Positions 59,556 through 64,000 of a stretch of DNA of 64,000 nucleotides are shown here, piece by piece (the stretch's first letter is position 1; every line of letters starts with the position of its first letter). This DNA is from Candidatus Bathyarchaeia archaeon (GTDB lineage: Bacteria; Hydrogenedentota; Hydrogenedentia; Hydrogenedentales; SLHB01), in assembly GCA_035530195.1 (NCBI GenBank), contig DATKVG010000128.1, positions 597 to 64,596 on the forward strand, read 5' to 3'. Below the pieces are notes generated by a model. It saw only the letters and a program-made list of their open reading frames with translations, made no database searches and was not told the origin of the DNA. The position numbers and the translations under genes are program-made.

Positions 59556-61682
59556 CTATTGGGCCGAGCCGGGTTCGGTGGTGAGGATGATGCGTTGCCG
59601 GGTGAGGTTTGCGCGTGCTTCGTGGCACTTTTTGTAGTCGGCGTATGCGTCGCGCGGGGCGGACTGGACTTTTAGCTGGTAGGCGTCGGTGAACTCGATG
59701 GTTTGGCCGTTGGGTGTGAGCGTCGCCTCGTAGGATGCGGGGCCGGAATCGAATTTGACGCTGTCGGGGATTGCGTAGGGTTTGAGGCCGTCGGGCAGGC
59801 GGATGACGCCCGAGGTGGTTTCGCTGACGATCTGGCTCCAGAACAGGTCGAACTCGCGCGTGGGCCTGCCGACGTCGCCCGCGTCGTACGTGACCCCGGG
59901 GATGTTCAGCAGCAGCAGGTCGCCCGCTTTTACGGCAAACCCCGGAATCGTTATCTCTAAAGTGATGGCCGGCGTGACCTTGAGGTCGGTGAAATCGGTG
60001 CAGGTGAAGTTATCGAGTACGGCGGCGTGGTGGAGGCTCGAAGCGATCTGCTGCAACTGGTTGCGGAGTTGCTGCTGGTCGAGGCTTTTCATCCCGCGCA
60101 TCCAGGCGCCGGTGTTTCCCTCGCCGGTGTAGGCCACTTTCAGTTCGAGCGTGCCGTCCGGCTCGAGCGTCGAGTCGAACGTGGTGGCGATTTTCTCCTG
60201 GTCGAGCGATGAAATCTGCGTGTTGGCTACTGTTGCCGGTTGAGCCGAATCGGCGCGCGCGGGCGCGATCACGAGCGCGGGGCTGTTCTGGATGCCCGCG
60301 GGCAGCGTCCCGTACGGGATCAGATCGCTGGCCGCGTTGGTGAATGTCTTTTCGCCGCCCAGATAGACGGCCGACCGGTCAAAAGCACGGATGGACGCCG
60401 CTTCCTGGCAAAGCGGGCCGGCGTTGCGGCTTCGCACGAGGGCAAACACTGCGGGCACGCCGGCCGCCTCGAGCATTTTACAGTAGAGGAAATTCTTGTC
60501 GAGCTCGTTGGCCATGCCCCTGCGCACGGTTTCATCGGGCGAGTGCGGCACGACGCGGTAGTTCTTGTGCGGCACCGGCAGCGTGCGGATCGAGCGGGCG
60601 ATGAAATCGTGGATGGCCTGCGGCCCGCCTTGCGCCGCCAGCTCGACCGCCTTGGCTTTGACGGCTTCCGACAGCGGCGCTACGCCGTCGAGCGCCCGCC
60701 CGTAATCGCGCACGATGTCGTCCCACGTCTTGGCTTCGGCGAGCGTGACAGTCGAGGCGAAACTGGTCACCGGCGGCATCAGCGGCTCGCGCAATATGCC
60801 TGGCTGCGGCGCCGAAAGCGTGTACGTGAAACGGACGATGCCGTCTTTTACTTCGCGGGCCTCCTCGATGGGCGCCGACTCGACCGCGTGCACGTTTCGC
60901 GCGAGTTCGGCCTCGCGCGCGGCCGGGATCAGGACAACGACTTCTTTGCGCAAGAGGGGCGCTTCGTAGCGGAACACTTCGTATGTGTAGAACGGTTCGA
61001 GCGAGGTCTCGCGCGTCCGGACAATCGTGTATTGGACATCCAGGATGCACCAGGGCGCGGGCTCTTTTGCGGCAAACCGGTACCGGGCGAGCCGGCGGTA
61101 ATCGGGCAGCGAGGCGTACACGGACTCGTTCTTGACAGCCGCGTCGGACAGGTGCAGCACACGGCCTTCCGGCGTGACGGTGAGTGCGAAATCGATTTGG
61201 GGCTGATCGGTGTCTTCAAAATACGGCACCAAATGGGAGCCGGCATCCTCGCCGCGCTGCCGCAAAATCTTTGTAATCACCCGGTTGGTGTCTTTGACGA
61301 CGCCGGGCGTGCAGAGGTCGATCGTGCGCCGCTCGAGTAGCGTGGCGGTCCCGTCGGCGGGAAAATCGGCCTCGGCCGGCTGGGACTCGAGGCACACCGT
61401 GAGGTCGGGGTCGGTGATTTGATCGGCCGCCTCGATTTCGTCGAACAGGCGCGCCCGCTGAAGCTGGATCTGGTTGACTTTCTCCTTTGGAAAGGTTTTC
61501 AGTTCGCCGCCGCGCAGCTCAAACACGACGCTGTCCTCGGTGATCTCGCGCAAGCGCCCCAGTTGCTGCTCGCCGTCGCGCAGGTAGAGGGTGTCGGCCG
61601 TGGCGGAGAGAGCGACAGCGTAGGCGCTAAGAGCGTAGGCGGCAAAAACGGCCGCGAAAAGTCTTGCGGAAAACGTTTTCAT
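59556..61682 (-). CDS. DUF3857/transglutaminase-like family protein, apparently lacking the catalytic Cys
   Basis: It has a signal peptide and an overall layout parallel to the upstream paralogue. By-eye alignment places ANELDKNFLYCKMLEAAGVPAVFALV opposite GDCTDKAILFSTMLKVIGVDSFPLIV, so Cys is replaced by Glu. Confidence 0.7.
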   Translation of the reverse strand: MKTFSARLFAAVFAAYALSAYAVALSATADTLYLRDGEQQLGRLREITEDSVVFELRGGELKTFPKEKVNQIQLQRARLFDEIEAADQITDPDLTVCLESQPAEADFPADGTATLLERRTIDLCTPGVVKDTNRVITKILRQRGEDAGSHLVPYFEDTDQPQIDFALTVTPEGRVLHLSDAAVKNESVYASLPDYRRLARYRFAAKEPAPWCILDVQYTIVRTRETSLEPFYTYEVFRYEAPLLRKEVVVLIPAAREAELARNVHAVESAPIEEAREVKDGIVRFTYTLSAPQPGILREPLMPPVTSFASTVTLAEAKTWDDIVRDYGRALDGVAPLSEAVKAKAVELAAQGGPQAIHDFIARSIRTLPVPHKNYRVVPHSPDETVRRGMANELDKNFLYCKMLEAAGVPAVFALVRSRNAGPLCQEAASIRAFDRSAVYLGGEKTFTNAASDLIPYGTLPAGIQNSPALVIAPARADSAQPATVANTQISSLDQEKIATTFDSTLEPDGTLELKVAYTGEGNTGAWMRGMKSLDQQQLRNQLQQIASSLHHAAVLDNFTCTDFTDLKVTPAITLEITIPGFAVKAGDLLLLNIPGVTYDAGDVGRPTREFDLFWSQIVSETTSGVIRLPDGLKPYAIPDSVKFDSGPASYEATLTPNGQTIEFTDAYQLKVQSAPRDAYADYKKCHEARANLTRQRIILTTEPGSAQ

Positions 61683-61686
61683 ACGG

Positions 61687-63957
61687 TCAGCCCTTTTCGG
61701 TTAGGAAGATTTCTTTTTTGGAGAAAGCGGAGATGGACCGGAGCGCGTCGCGGTAGCCTGCGTAGTCCTTGACGGGTACGATCCGTTCAAGCCGCTGGAA
61801 CGATTCGCGGAACACCACGTGCCCGTCGCGCTCGTCGTATTTCGCCGAATAGTCGAGATACGGGTTCTTGATTTCGAGTGCCGGCGGCAGCCATTTCGCC
61901 TTGAAACCTTTGGGCATAGTGAGGTCGATTTCGAGAATCCGCTCCTCGGTCGTCATGTACTGGATGGGATACTTGCGCGATTCAAGCGAGACTTCGCCGT
62001 AATCTCTCTCGAGCGTCGGCATCGTGAGGTACATCACGCTGCCGGTGCGTATGGCGTGGCCCGGGAGCCGGTAATCGAGCGTCATCACGAGCGGCTCGCC
62101 GAGATCCTCGAGCTTCGAGAGCGTGAAATCGTCGAGGAGGGCGCCCGGGCTGATCGAGTTGACGTATTGCGCCATCAGCATGGGCCTCGAGTCTTCACGC
62201 GCGCTTTTCCAGAACCCGCGCACGCCGGCCTCGACGCTGCCGTTGTATTCGGTCCTCGTTTTTACTTCAACATCGCCCTCGGGGCTGAGCTTGATGTTCA
62301 GGCGCGAGAGCCTGCGGTTGTCCGATGGCGCGGGGACTGGGATCTTCTTGATGTCGCCGCGGATCGCGTTGAGTGCGAAAATGCCGTGGTCGTCCATGCG
62401 GAAGTACGGGTACCGGTAATTCTGTGCGGTGGTGTCGAGGTAGAACGACCGGTCGCCGACGCAGACCTCGCTGATGCAATGGTTGCCGCTGAGCACTGGG
62501 ATTTCGGTGATGGCGGTTCCGGCGTCGTTTGTTTGGACGATGAGGGGGAAGCTATCCACGCCGATGACTTTCAGCATCGTCGAGAACAGGATCGCCTTGT
62601 CGGTGCAGTCGCCATACCGGTTCTCGAAGGTTTCGTCGGCGGTGTGGCCGGAAAACCCGGCGCCCAGGCTGCCCTTGATTGAGATGTACCGCGTTTTCTC
62701 CTGCACCCAATGATAGATGCGCGCTATTTTCTCATCGAGTGTGTCGGCCCCCTCGGTGATCTCCTTGACGGCCCCTTCGATCTGGGCCGTCGGAACCATC
62801 CTGGGCGTTTGAAGCTTGCTAAGCAGGTCGTAGACTTCCTCGTGCGACTTGAAGATCGAACTGTCCATCATGGGCACGATGTCTTCGGTGGGCGGCATCG
62901 CCGGCTCGGGCGTGATAGGCGGCATGTTTTCGAGCGTCCAGCAATAAGTCTTGATGCCGTCCTTTTCCTCGACCACCGGCTCGGCCAGCGCCGGGTCGGG
63001 GAAGTTGCGCGTCATGTAGTTGTACGTGGTCCCAGCGGGCACATATACCTTGACGCGGGAGAACAGCACGGGTTCGGCGCCCTGGAATTGAAACCCCGGG
63101 CTGAACAGGCGCGGATCTTCCGGGTTGTAATAGTCATACTCGTACTCGTACTCGACGACCGAGCCCACTTCGACGCCCTGGACCACCCCCGAGAGCATTT
63201 TCAGGTGGGGGTTGAAAAACACCATCTCCTGCGTCGGGCTGGCCACCTTGATCTCGTCCGGCGACAGGGTCGAAACGGCCCCGTCGGGCGATACCGAGCG
63301 GGCGTAAAGGATTCTGGCCCTGCTGCGGCCTTCCGTAAACCCGATCGACACCTGCGCCCAGCCTTTTTGCTCCTCTTTCAAGACCAGCCCGGCGAAATGG
63401 TAGCGATACGCGTTTGAGCCGTCGGGGCGCAGCGTGAATTCGCCGTCGTCCACCAGCACAATGCCCGGCACGCCCGGGAACTGCTTCGCCGTCTCGCCGG
63501 CCGCCTCGAGCTTGGTCTGGGCCAGTGGCGAAAGGGCTTCGGGACCCGCCTCGGCGGCGCCTTCCTGGCGGTTGTCGGGCAGGCGGAACTCGACAAGCTG
63601 GACCTCGTTGCGCGAAACGGGGTCGCGCCCGGGAACGGCAAAATTCTGCCCATCGAATTTGATTTTTCCCGCGGCCTCGATCGGGTCGCCCTGAAACAAC
63701 ACCAAGTCATCGAGGACGGCGACCGCCTTCTCAGACGGCGGCTGCGCGGGCGCCTCCTGGGCGACCGCCATCGGGCCGGCTGAGTAGAGGACAACGGCAA
63801 TCAGCGCCGCCGCTACGGCGCCCGCTGCGGCGCCCATTGCGGCCCCCGCTATGGCAATTGCACGGGGCAGTTTTTTCAAAACGGGTTCCTCCGGTGTTTG
63901 GCCAACAACGGTTTGGCTCCATGCGGCCCGGACGGCCGCAGACGCCACAAAATACAC
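61687..63957 (-). CDS. DUF3857 + transglutaminase-like cysteine protease core + DUF3858-like protein
   Basis: The RYGDCTDKAILFSTMLKVIGVDSFPLIV...GNHCISEV...FYLDTT pattern gives a Cys-His-Asp triad. The stop is 4 nt before the next gene's start. The N-terminal start position is uncertain and may lie about 60-80 nt downstream of 63957. Confidence 0.75.
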   Translation of the reverse strand: MYFVASAAVRAAWSQTVVGQTPEEPVLKKLPRAIAIAGAAMGAAAGAVAAALIAVVLYSAGPMAVAQEAPAQPPSEKAVAVLDDLVLFQGDPIEAAGKIKFDGQNFAVPGRDPVSRNEVQLVEFRLPDNRQEGAAEAGPEALSPLAQTKLEAAGETAKQFPGVPGIVLVDDGEFTLRPDGSNAYRYHFAGLVLKEEQKGWAQVSIGFTEGRSRARILYARSVSPDGAVSTLSPDEIKVASPTQEMVFFNPHLKMLSGVVQGVEVGSVVEYEYEYDYYNPEDPRLFSPGFQFQGAEPVLFSRVKVYVPAGTTYNYMTRNFPDPALAEPVVEEKDGIKTYCWTLENMPPITPEPAMPPTEDIVPMMDSSIFKSHEEVYDLLSKLQTPRMVPTAQIEGAVKEITEGADTLDEKIARIYHWVQEKTRYISIKGSLGAGFSGHTADETFENRYGDCTDKAILFSTMLKVIGVDSFPLIVQTNDAGTAITEIPVLSGNHCISEVCVGDRSFYLDTTAQNYRYPYFRMDDHGIFALNAIRGDIKKIPVPAPSDNRRLSRLNIKLSPEGDVEVKTRTEYNGSVEAGVRGFWKSAREDSRPMLMAQYVNSISPGALLDDFTLSKLEDLGEPLVMTLDYRLPGHAIRTGSVMYLTMPTLERDYGEVSLESRKYPIQYMTTEERILEIDLTMPKGFKAKWLPPALEIKNPYLDYSAKYDERDGHVVFRESFQRLERIVPVKDYAGYRDALRSISAFSKKEIFLTEKG

Positions 63958-64000
63958 CTAGAGAATACCACAAAGAGGGGCGGCGGAGAGTGGGGCAAGT

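Overview
This is a GC-rich bacterial chromosomal window with many Arg/Pro/Ala-rich shadow ORFs on both strands. The gene content includes DUF1559/H-X9-DG pseudopilin-like proteins, TAT-signal Gfo/Idh/MocA oxidoreductases and giant ECF-sigma fusions. From that I infer a PVC-group (Planctomycetota-like) or Hydrogenedentota-like organism. I support about 50 protein genes, one tRNA-Gln and one probable pseudogene. Housekeeping blocks are hisC-hisD, murA, tpiA-secG, a DtxR-like regulator with feoA-feoB, folC, and tRNA-Gln-prs-rplY/ctc-pth-ilvN. Accessory content is listed below.
- 3.8-8.6 kb: an ECF sigma / anti-sigma::DUF1559 operon.
- 9.2-11.5 kb: a visibly lower-GC islet with a PD-(D/E)XK nuclease-like gene.
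- 13.9-20.8 kb and 47.5-51.1 kb: sugar-related genes.
- 52.4-59.3 kb: two tandem ~1120-aa proteins that fuse an ECF sigma factor, one TM helix and about 8-9 carboxypeptidase-regulatory-like repeats.
- 59.6-64.0 kb: a DUF3857/transglutaminase pair.
The best candidate for an undescribed system lies at 37.6-44.7 kb, possibly extending to 46.5 kb. It has four small paralogous Cys-free peptide genes that all start M[KR]H and are absent from or mis-started in the ORF track. One has a sigma70-like promoter, and a terminator/attenuator follows the last. Downstream is a translationally coupled string: two RimJ/RimL-type GNATs, a CPBP (Abi/CAAX-type) intramembrane protease, an ABC-2 exporter, and a 639-aa protein. 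That protein looks like a radical-SAM/SPASM peptide maturase that has lost its CxxxCxxC SAM cluster and gained a C-terminal GNAT domain. The intergenic DNA carries several families of palindromic REP/MITE-like elements and 7-15 bp periodic mini-arrays, and some copies reach into coding sequence. All calls come from reading the sequence and translations by eye, with no searches run.
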